This document shows, piece after piece, positions 8,296 through 17,100 of a stretch of 64,000 nucleotides of DNA. The notes beneath the pieces were generated by a model, which was not told where the DNA came from, searched no databases, and was given only the letters and a program-made list of their open reading frames with translations. A program made the translations under genes and the position numbers. This DNA is from Phycisphaerae bacterium (GTDB taxonomy: Bacteria; Planctomycetota; Phycisphaerae; UBA1845; Fen-1342), in the NCBI GenBank assembly GCA_963675745.2, contig CAXXWX010000023.1, forward strand, positions 160,001 through 224,000, given 5' to 3'. Every line of letters begins with the position of its first letter. The stretch's first letter is position 1.

Positions 8296-10653
8296 TCAGT
8301 GTCCCGCGCGCGCGCCTTCTTCCGTCACTCCCTCGCTGCGCCGCGAGGAAGTGGTGGCCATGCGCAGTTCCACGAGCGAGAGCAACATGGCCAGGGTGGA
8401 CTCGGCACCCTGATTCTGGTTGGCGCGCTGCGGGTGCAGGCCGTCGCAGCAACCGCCGGTGGCCACGTCGTATAGTGGCAGGCCGACGTCGTTGCGCCCC
8501 AGGAACCACTCAAATGCGCACTGCGCCTCGGCCATCCAGCGCTTGTCCTTGGTGATCTGATGGGCCTCGAGGCACGCCGATACCATGGCCTGGGCCTCAA
8601 TCGGCTGCTGGTCGAAGCGCGCCCGATCGCCGCCGCGCCGGAAGAAACCGTTGTTGCCGATGGGTACGAAATGCCCCCCGTCGGGGCGTTGCACGCGCGC
8701 CAGCCAGTCGAGGGCACGCAGTCCGGCCTCGGTCATCTCACCGCGCATCATCCAGCGCCCACAGAGCAACAGCGCATGCGGCAGCTTGGCATTTGCGTAG
8801 GTCAGCTCATCTTCGAACCAGGGCCAATCCGGCGTGCTGTTGTGCAGGTATAGCGCGAAGAGCCGGTCGGCCAGCTTCTCGCGCGCATTCTCCGCCGCGC
8901 TGTCACCATACAAACGCCGCATGTACTCGTGAATTGCAATCAGGGCGTAGGCCCAGGTGCGGGGATGATCCGAGTCCATTGCTGCCGGCAGAGCCAGGTT
9001 GAACAAGCGGCCCGCGATGCCGCGCGCCCGCGCGTCGCTGGAACGCCCCGCGATCGTACCGACGGCCCAAAGCGAGCGCCCGTGACTGTCGTCAGACCCG
9101 AGCGTCTCGAGCCAACGGCGATCGTAGCCCATGAAATTGCGGAAGCGTCCGGTCTGCTTGTTGAAGGCGTGCCACAGAAACGCCAGATAGGTCTCCGAGA
9201 GGCGCCGCGCCTCGGCGGCGATGCCGTTGTCGTCCAGCTCCTGGAGGAGGATTGTCAGAATCAGCGCGCGGGCATTGTCATCGGCGCAATAGCCCTCGTC
9301 GTAATTCGGGAGGTAGCCGACGGCGTGCTGGAACAACCCGGTTCCGTCGGTGAGCCGCTGGAGGTGGTCTATTTTGACGGCCGGCAACTTGGCGGGGCGC
9401 CGCGATGTCTCCCGCACCTCGTATGCCTTGCGCGGCTGCTTGTTGCGCTCCTCGCGCGCCCGAATAAACGAACGCATGTAACGCCGCGCGACCGCCGGCC
9501 AGATCATCTCGCGCCCGTGCATGTAGGCGCGCTTGCGGATGGCGTGCCGCTCCGCCTCATTCTCCAGCAGATCGATCATCTCGCGCGCGATGGCATCGGC
9601 GTCAGAGAACGGCACCAGACGGCCGCGGCCCTCCGCCAGCAACTCCTGGGCGTGCCAATAGGGTGTCGAGATGACGGCCTTTCCCGCGCCGGCGGCGTAT
9701 GCCAGTGTTCCCGATGTGATCTGAGCTTCGTTCAGATAGGGCGTGATATACAGGTCGGCGGCCCCGATATACTCAATCAGCCGTTCGAGCGATACAAACC
9801 GATTGTGGAAGATGACGTTATCGCCGACGCCCAGGCGGTCGGCCAGCTTGACCAGCGAATCGCGATACTTCTCACCTTCTCGTTGCAGCAGATGCGGGTG
9901 GGTCGCGCCCAGGACAATATAGGTCACGTCGGGATACTTGGCGCAGACCTTGGGCAGCGCCTTGATGGCATACTCGATTCCCTTGTTGGGTGATAGCAGG
10001 CCGAAGGTGAGCGCCACGCGCCGGCCCTCAACGCCAAACTGGTCCTTGAAAAAGCTGGGATCGACGAAGGCCACCTCTGGGATTCCGTGGTGGATCATGT
10101 CGATCTTGTTTTCCGGCACGTCGTAGACTTCGCGCAGCAGCTCGACGCCGTGCTGGCTCATGGTGATCAGCCGGTCGCTGAGTTGCGCCAACTCATCCAT
10201 GACCTCGCGGTATTCCGGTTTCGGTTCGCGCAGGATGGTGTGCAGCGTGGTCACCACCGGCATGTGCAGTTCGCGCAGCAGCGTCAGGATGTAGCGTCCC
10301 GCGGCACCGCCGAAGATGCCGTATTCATGCTGCAAGCAGACAACATCGATGTTGTTGAGATCGATGAAGTCCGCGGCCCGTTGATAGGATGCCAGCTCAT
10401 TCTGGGCGATCTCGAAGCGGACGCGCGCGGGATAGGCGTAACCGCTCTCCGTATCGTTGACCGCCAGCGCGAGACATTTCAGGTCGTCGTATTCGCCGAT
10501 GAGTGATTCACACACGTCGGTGGTGAACGTCGCGATGCCGCATTGGCGCGGCACGTAGTTCCCGATCACCGCCAGCCGGGCCACGCGCGAGACCTTGCGC
10601 TGACCATCGTCGTCCGTGTCTTTTCCTGGAATCCACATCGGGCTGGTAGTCAT
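8296..10653 (-). CDS. Glycosyltransferase family 4 protein with C-terminal (alpha/alpha)-barrel glycosidase-like domain
   Basis: GNYVPRQCGIATF, QHEYGIFGG, FGLLSPNKGIE, QITSGTLAYA, then GYCADDNARAL and NQNQGAESTL. GGAG before ATG 10653. Confidence 0.9.
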   Translation of the reverse strand: MTTSPMWIPGKDTDDDGQRKVSRVARLAVIGNYVPRQCGIATFTTDVCESLIGEYDDLKCLALAVNDTESGYAYPARVRFEIAQNELASYQRAADFIDLNNIDVVCLQHEYGIFGGAAGRYILTLLRELHMPVVTTLHTILREPKPEYREVMDELAQLSDRLITMSQHGVELLREVYDVPENKIDMIHHGIPEVAFVDPSFFKDQFGVEGRRVALTFGLLSPNKGIEYAIKALPKVCAKYPDVTYIVLGATHPHLLQREGEKYRDSLVKLADRLGVGDNVIFHNRFVSLERLIEYIGAADLYITPYLNEAQITSGTLAYAAGAGKAVISTPYWHAQELLAEGRGRLVPFSDADAIAREMIDLLENEAERHAIRKRAYMHGREMIWPAVARRYMRSFIRAREERNKQPRKAYEVRETSRRPAKLPAVKIDHLQRLTDGTGLFQHAVGYLPNYDEGYCADDNARALILTILLQELDDNGIAAEARRLSETYLAFLWHAFNKQTGRFRNFMGYDRRWLETLGSDDSHGRSLWAVGTIAGRSSDARARGIAGRLFNLALPAAMDSDHPRTWAYALIAIHEYMRRLYGDSAAENAREKLADRLFALYLHNSTPDWPWFEDELTYANAKLPHALLLCGRWMMRGEMTEAGLRALDWLARVQRPDGGHFVPIGNNGFFRRGGDRARFDQQPIEAQAMVSACLEAHQITKDKRWMAEAQCAFEWFLGRNDVGLPLYDVATGGCCDGLHPQRANQNQGAESTLAMLLSLVELRMATTSSRRSEGVTEEGARAGH

Positions 10654-10788
10654 ATGACAACTCCGTCTGTCTGCGCCGAGACCGCGCCAGACATGGCCGC
10701 ACGCCGCTGTAGCGTGAAAGCATGCGTCGAGAATGGCCGCGGGATCGGCCTCCCCCAGTTCGAGAGCACCCCGCTCCCTGCGCACTTA

Positions 10789-10817
10789 TTTTATCGGCAA
10801 ATCGGCTCTATGTCCTT
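10789..10817 (-). promoter_or_regulatory. Putative sigma28 (FliA/WhiG)-like promoter
   Basis: AAGGA-N14-GCCGATAAAA, same motif and spacing as 41338-41366. Confidence 0.5.
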
Positions 10818-10830
10818 CGTGCCGATGCTG

Positions 10831-12321
10831 CTATGGTTGAACCGTGAGCGTTTCCACCGCCCCGTCAGGGCCTGCCAGGCGGAATTCGATGGGTTTCCCT
10901 GACTTCGCACCACGCAGGGCACGCTCCAACTCGCCGACATTCTTCACCGGCTTGCCGTTGCAGCCCACGATCACATCTTCGCGGCTGAACCCGACGACGG
11001 CGTTTTCGCTGCTCGCATCGATGCTGTACACCAGCACGCCGCGCGTACCCTCATCCAGCCCCAGCAGTTCCGCCTGGTTGGGGCGCAGCGTGCGCACGCG
11101 CAGGCCGATGGCGTCGATGTGACGCGTCGAGTCGGTCGCAATGTCGCTGGTGTTCCTGGGCTGCTTGGCCAGCACAACTTTCGCTGTGCGCGGGCGGCCA
11201 TCGCGGACGAAGTCCAGTTTGACGGACTTGCCGGGCGCGATGTCGGCGATCATGCCGCGCAGGTGTTCCATATTCCGGATCTTGTTGCCGTCGATTTGCG
11301 TGATGACGTCTTCAATGGCCAGGCCGGCATCGTCGGCCGGCGTACCCGGGATGACCGCCTCGACCAGCACACCGCCGGGCTCCTTGAGACCGAACACGTC
11401 GGCCTCGGCGGCATCGAGGTTGGTCATGCTCACACCCAGCCAGCCGCGCGTGACCTCGCCGGTGTCCATCAGTTGCGTGGCGACTTTTTGCGCCATTTTC
11501 GACGGAATAGTGAACGCGATGCCGGCATTACCCTCGCCGTGCGTCGCGATCGCCGTGTTGATGCCGATGATCTGGCCGCGCAGGTTCAGCAACGGCCCGC
11601 CGGAATTGCCTGGGTTGACGGCGGCGTCGGTTTGCAGGAAGTCCTGGTACACCTCGCGTCCGATGCCCTGGATTCTGGAACGCCCCTTGGCACTGATGAT
11701 CCCGTGGGTCACAGTCTGGCTCAGGCCAAACGGCGCGCCGACCGCGAGCACCCAGTCGCCGACCTCCATGGCGTCGGAATCGCCGAACTCGAGCTGGTGC
11801 AAGTCGGGAGCGTCGATCTTGATCACCGCCAGGTCGCTCTTGGGGTCGGCACCGACGAGCGTGGCGGGGTAGACCCGCTCATCGCTCAGTTTCACCTCGA
11901 TATTCTCGCGTCCGCCGACCACGTGATTGTTGGTCAGGATGTAGCCGCGCGCGTCGATGATGACGCCGCTGCCCGATCCGGGGGCCGGACGACCGAGGAA
12001 CTGGCGTAGCTGGCTTTCCGGCGCCTTGGGGAACATGCGGCGGAGGCGCTGGAGCTCTTCGGCGGTTTCCTCGTCATCCTGCGTGCCGCCCGAGACGTTT
12101 ATGTGTACGACCGCCGGCCGGGAGACGTTGGCGACCAGACGAAATGCGTTGGAGACCTCTTCAACGCGGGCCAACTCGAGCGCGCCGGCCCGGATACGCC
12201 CGCGTTCGGCGGCAAATGCCCAGTGGGTCACCAGCCGGTCGCCGGCCCCGCTGGCAATGACGGCCAACATGGCCAGAATGGCCATTAACCAGACTATCCG
12301 ATTGGAATTGTTCTGATTCAC
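10831..12321 (-). CDS. degP: HtrA/DegP-family serine protease with two PDZ domains
   Basis: GSGSGVII, LTNNHVV, SDLAVIKI, TDAAVNPGNSGGPL, two PDZ-like domains. GTG start after GGGAG is inferred. Confidence 0.9.
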   Translation of the reverse strand: MNQNNSNRIVWLMAILAMLAVIASGAGDRLVTHWAFAAERGRIRAGALELARVEEVSNAFRLVANVSRPAVVHINVSGGTQDDEETAEELQRLRRMFPKAPESQLRQFLGRPAPGSGSGVIIDARGYILTNNHVVGGRENIEVKLSDERVYPATLVGADPKSDLAVIKIDAPDLHQLEFGDSDAMEVGDWVLAVGAPFGLSQTVTHGIISAKGRSRIQGIGREVYQDFLQTDAAVNPGNSGGPLLNLRGQIIGINTAIATHGEGNAGIAFTIPSKMAQKVATQLMDTGEVTRGWLGVSMTNLDAAEADVFGLKEPGGVLVEAVIPGTPADDAGLAIEDVITQIDGNKIRNMEHLRGMIADIAPGKSVKLDFVRDGRPRTAKVVLAKQPRNTSDIATDSTRHIDAIGLRVRTLRPNQAELLGLDEGTRGVLVYSIDASSENAVVGFSREDVIVGCNGKPVKNVGELERALRGAKSGKPIEFRLAGPDGAVETLTVQP

Positions 12322-12512
12322 GGAAGTAACTCCCAGGTTCGTCGGGACCGCACGTGCGCATGCGCACCAGGTACCGATAACCATACCACCTGTTCACCCA
12401 CGGCGGAAACCCGCGGGCGCTGCGCCGGTGGGTGTACAAACGTGCCCGCAAGCACCACAATGGAGGTTCTCGACAAACTCACGTAGGGACACCTGACAGC
12501 GCGGAGGTAACA

Positions 12513-13859
12513 ATGGCTGACGTCAACGTTCAAACAGGCATCACGGCCGCCGAGGCCCTTGAGATTCTACGCTCGCGAATCCTCGTTGATGGTTTTCATA
12601 TCGTGCTCGATCTTGACGCGAGCCATGACTGTTACCTGTATGACGCGCTCTCGCAGTCTGAATTCCTCGACTTCTACGGGTTCTTCGCATCCCAGCCCAT
12701 AGGGTACAACCACCCGAAAATGCGCGAACCTGGATTTCAGGCGCGCCTGTTGTCCGCGGCGACCACCAAAGTCGCCAACGCGGATGTATACACTGAGGCA
12801 TACGCGACATTTGTAAAGACGTTTGACGAAGTGGCCGGGATTGACAACTTCAAACATTTCTTCTTTGTCGATGGCGGAGCGCTCGCCGTCGAGAACGCGC
12901 TCAAAACCGCTTTTGATTGGAAAGTCCGCAAGAACATGGCGGCGGGAAACGGCGAAAAGGGCCACCAGGTCATCCATTTCCGGCGCTGCTTCCATGGCCG
13001 CAGCGGCTACACCATGAGCATGACCGACACCGCCGACCCGCGCAAGACCATGTACTTCCCCAAGTTCGACTGGCCGCGGATCGTCAATCCCGGCGTCAAC
13101 TTCGACCTGGAAGAGCCGCAGCGCTCGGAAGACGTCGCCGCCCGCGAGCAGGAAGCGCTCAAACAAATCAAACAGGCCATCGCCGAGCGGCAGCCTGATA
13201 TTGCCGCCATCATTGTCGAGGTGATTCAGGGCGAAGGCGGCGATGTCCATTTCCGCGGCGAGTTCCTCAAAGCGCTACGGCAGATTGCGGACGACAGCGA
13301 ACTGCTGCTGATCTTCGATGAAGTGCAGACCGGTCTCGGCATCACCGGCAAGATGTGGGCCCATCAGCATTTCGGCGCGCAGCCTGACATCCTGGTGTTC
13401 GGCAAGAAAACGCAGATCTGCGGCATCATGACGACACCCCGCATCGACGACGTTGACAACGTCTTCAAAGTCCCTTCGCGGATCAACTCGACCTGGGGCG
13501 GTAACCTGGCCGACATGGTGCGCTCGACTCAATATCTGAAGATCATTCGCGATGACAAGTTAGTCGAGAACGCGGCAACTCAGGGCACGCGGCTGCTGAA
13601 GGGGTTGGAAGAGCTTGGCAAGCGCCATGCGCACGTGAGCGGCATTCGTGGGCGCGGCTTGATGTGTGCATTTGACCTGCCCAGCACCGAGGTGCGTAAT
13701 AAGACGCTCACGGCGCTGCTCGATCGCAAGATGATGGGCCTGCCCTGCGGCGAGAAATCGCTGCGCTTCCGCCCGGTGCTGGACGTGCGGCCCGAGCACA
13801 TAGACAAGGGCCTGGTGATTCTGAACGAGGCGCTCAAGTCGACAGCGCCGCAGCTATAA
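12513..13859 (+). CDS. lat: L-lysine 6-transaminase (class III aminotransferase)
   Basis: GALAVENALK.AFDWK, FHGRSGYT, IQGEGGD, FDEVQTG, FGKKTQ, RINSTWGGNL. GGAGG SD before ATG 12513. Confidence 0.9.
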   Translation: MADVNVQTGITAAEALEILRSRILVDGFHIVLDLDASHDCYLYDALSQSEFLDFYGFFASQPIGYNHPKMREPGFQARLLSAATTKVANADVYTEAYATFVKTFDEVAGIDNFKHFFFVDGGALAVENALKTAFDWKVRKNMAAGNGEKGHQVIHFRRCFHGRSGYTMSMTDTADPRKTMYFPKFDWPRIVNPGVNFDLEEPQRSEDVAAREQEALKQIKQAIAERQPDIAAIIVEVIQGEGGDVHFRGEFLKALRQIADDSELLLIFDEVQTGLGITGKMWAHQHFGAQPDILVFGKKTQICGIMTTPRIDDVDNVFKVPSRINSTWGGNLADMVRSTQYLKIIRDDKLVENAATQGTRLLKGLEELGKRHAHVSGIRGRGLMCAFDLPSTEVRNKTLTALLDRKMMGLPCGEKSLRFRPVLDVRPEHIDKGLVILNEALKSTAPQL

Positions 13860-13892
13860 CACGGAAGAGCAGGGCCTCCGCGCTGCAACGTC

Positions 13893-13931
13893 AGACGCCC
13901 CATTCCGCCATCATCGCGGGATGGGGCGTCT
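13893..13931. terminator. Hairpin between convergent genes, probable bidirectional terminator
   Basis: AGACGCCCCATTCCGC-catcatc-GCGGGATGGGGCGTCT. Confidence 0.65.
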
Positions 13932-13952
13932 AATTGCGCTCGCGCCGGCGCA

Positions 13953-14138
13953 TCAGCTACCCAGCAGCAGCAGAAACGCGTCGATGTCGCCGTTGTTGAT
14001 TAGCCAGTCATAGTTGCAGTCGGCGTTAATGCGGTCGCAACTCGGATTCTGGATGTAGTACTCATCCGGATCGGTGAGCGCCAGTACGAACGGGTCGATG
14101 TCGCCGTTGTTGATCAGCCCGTCACAGTTCAGGTCGCC
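13953..14138 (-). repeat. Dockerin-like C-terminal domain, copy 3
   Basis: GDLNCDGLINNGDIDPFVLALTDP...PSCDRINADCNYDWLINNGDIDAF. Confidence 0.9.
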
Positions 14139-17100
14139 GCGTCCATCGCACTCGTCGGGTACGCCGTTCAGGTCGATATCGGTGCTGTCACCGAAAGCGA
14201 TATCCAGCACATCGGGCACGTCATTGGCGTTGCAATCGGTGAAGTCGCCTTGAGCAACGGCCAGGTTGTCGTAGCGGCCATCAACCACGTAGTCGGTGGT
14301 CACCGTGCCGGTCTCGAGAAAGCGGAACGCCGACAGGCCCGTGTAGTAGGTGCCGTAGTCACACGTGCCGACGTAGGCGTCATCGGCGTAGATGTCATAG
14401 AGCTGGCTGGCGGGGACCACCTCGATACGGAAGTCAGTCCAGGTATCCGCCGGGCAGAAGCTTTCGAACAACGGCGTGCTCGCATCCATTGGCGTCCAGC
14501 CGCCGGGGGTGCGCGTGTATGTCAGACGCATGTCCGCGTGGTCGATGCACAGCGCGACATGGCCGAACCGAACGAAGTGATACCAGTGAACCTGGCTGTA
14601 ACGGAAGGAGAACCAGAGCGTGTAAGGCTGATTGGGGTCGATCAGAACAGCGGGACCGATCCCCTCGCCGCTGTAGCCCTGTGCCTTGGCGCCGGACACG
14701 TGCAGATTGAACGCCGGCGAGAGTGAATCAACATCGCTGAGCTCGATCGTGATCGCGCCGTCACCGGACCAATACGGCGTCGTGAACGACCAGTCGCTCG
14801 CGTCACCATCATCGAAGGTGTCGATCCAGAGGACGTCGCCGCTCTCGCACTCGTCGGGGATGCCGTTGCCGTTGACATCCTCGCTGGTGCCACCGGCGAT
14901 ATCGCACTCGTCGGGCACGCCGTTGGCGTTGCAGTCGTTTCCGTCAAGCTGGCATTCATCGGGCACGCCATCCGGCTGGCAATCTTGGCTCGTCCCGATC
15001 GCGATATCGCAGTCGTCCGGAACGCCGTTGCCGTTGCAGTCGTTACCGGCCAGCTCGCAGTCGTCGGGAACGCCGTTCGAGTTGCAGTCATTGCCGGCCA
15101 GCTCGCAATCATCCGGGACGCCGTTGCCGTTGCAGTCGTTACCGTCGAGTTGGCACTCGTCGGGCACGCCGTCGGGCTGACAGTCTTCGCTGGTGCTGTC
15201 GGCAATGTCACACTCGTCGGGTTTCCAGTTGCCGTTGCAGTCCTGGCTGGTGTGGTAGCTGAAGATGTCGCACAAGTCCGGGATACCGTTCGCGTTGCAG
15301 TCCTGACTCGTTCCGCTGGCGATGTCACAATCGTCCGGCACGCCGTTGAGGTTGCAGTCCTCGGCCGTGCCGACGGCGATATCGCACTCATCCGGATTGA
15401 GATTACCATTGCAGTCGGGGCTGAAGTCATCGAGCACGTCGCACTCGTCGGGAATGCCGTTGCCGTTGCAGTCGGGCAACGTGCCCTCGGCGATGTCGCA
15501 GACGTCGAGCAAGCCGTTTCCATCGCAATCAAACAGCCGGAAGATATACCCGGTCCCCGGGGTCTCGCCACTATCCATCCAGCCGGGCGCTCCGACGACG
15601 GCCATCTCGCCGTCGAACGCAACCGCCATCCCGAAGAAGTCGTTCGGATCGGCGTCGGCGGCGTGCAGCGTGGCTTCGGCCAGCCAGGCGCCGCCCTGGT
15701 CGGTGTAAACATATGCCGACCCGGCCAGGGGGCCGTTGGCACCGTTGTAGGCGGCACCGATCAGCGCTCGACCGCCTGATATCGCCACCGACCACCCGAA
15801 ATAGTCACCGCCCTGGCCGTCCGATGCCAACAACTTCTGCGTCTCGGTCATATTCACCCAACCGGTTGGCGGCCGCTCGAACAGGTAGGCGGCGCCGGCG
15901 TTGGAACCGAGGTCGTCATCGTGCAGCGCGCCGACCAACACCCAGTCGGTGTCAAGCGCCACCGAGATGCTGAAGAGGTCATCGATGTCACCATCCGACG
16001 CTGACAGCCGCGCCGTTTCGGTGCTGTCAGCCCATCCGCCCTGGGGCATTTCGTATACGTAAGCCGCGCCGACGCCCGAAATGCCGTTCGGGTCGTCCTC
16101 GACCGAACCGACGACGATCGTCTCGCCGAGCACGTCGACGGCGTAACCGAGCATCGGCCAGGGATAGCTGCTGGTCAGCTTGGCCACCTGTGTCCAGATG
16201 TCGTCGAGCGGATCGCCGGGTGTCCCGGCGTCGTCACGCTCGAACACGTACGCCGCCCCATGCGGATCAGCCCCGAAGGCGCCGACGACCGCGGTGTCGC
16301 CGTCGATCGCGAGCGACCGGCCGAATTCCCAATCCCAATCCGTGTCGTTGGCAATCAGTACGCTCTGCGATACCCAACCGTCATCGTTCGGATCGGCCGG
16401 CGTGCCGCCATCGGTGAAGCAGTACACATAGACCGCACCGGCGTCTGGGTCCGCGAGGTTGTCGTACGGCGCTCCGACCAGCAACGTGTCGCCCTGAAGG
16501 TCCAGTGCGGCACCAAACTCATCGGCATCCGGCGGCGGCTCGAGCACGGCCGACTCTACCCAGGCGTAGTCAACGTAGTCGTAGACGAGGACCGGGCCGC
16601 CTGACGACCTGGCCAACGCCGCGCGCCGGCCGTCAATCGCCACGACGCCGCCGAGATCCCACGCCGGCGCGGCTGCGGTTGGCAGGCTGACCTGGCCGTC
16701 GTACTCGCACGACGCACCGAACGGGCTTTCGTAGTGATAGCCCATGTCCACTATGTCGGCGTCGGGCCACTCGTCGGTGCGCGTGGTGCGCGAGTGCATG
16801 CCCAGGCCGGCCGCCCCGGCGCTGCCGCTGTCGACGCAGGGGCTGTCGTTGGGATCACCCGAGGCGACCTGGCTGAGGTAGTAGTCGCCGAGTGGGCCGG
16901 TGACGAATTCCGGATCAACGTATATGTTGCCTTCGCCGGCCACTGCAGAGCTAAGGCACGAATACGTAACAGTGCCGGGGCCGACGAAGTCCTGAGACAG
17001 GCCGTTGTTCCAGACAATGCAATCGGTAACCGTCACGTCCGTATTGGATTCAATGCCGCCGGTGTTCTCGGTGATCGTGCAGTTGCTGATCACCGCATCT

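Noticed and set aside
12322..12512. Lysine riboswitch upstream of lat
   Set aside because: No L-box consensus elements recognised
14844..15530. Regularly spaced DNA repeats resembling a CRISPR array
   Set aside because: In-frame protein repeats with synonymous variation, no unique spacers and no cas genes
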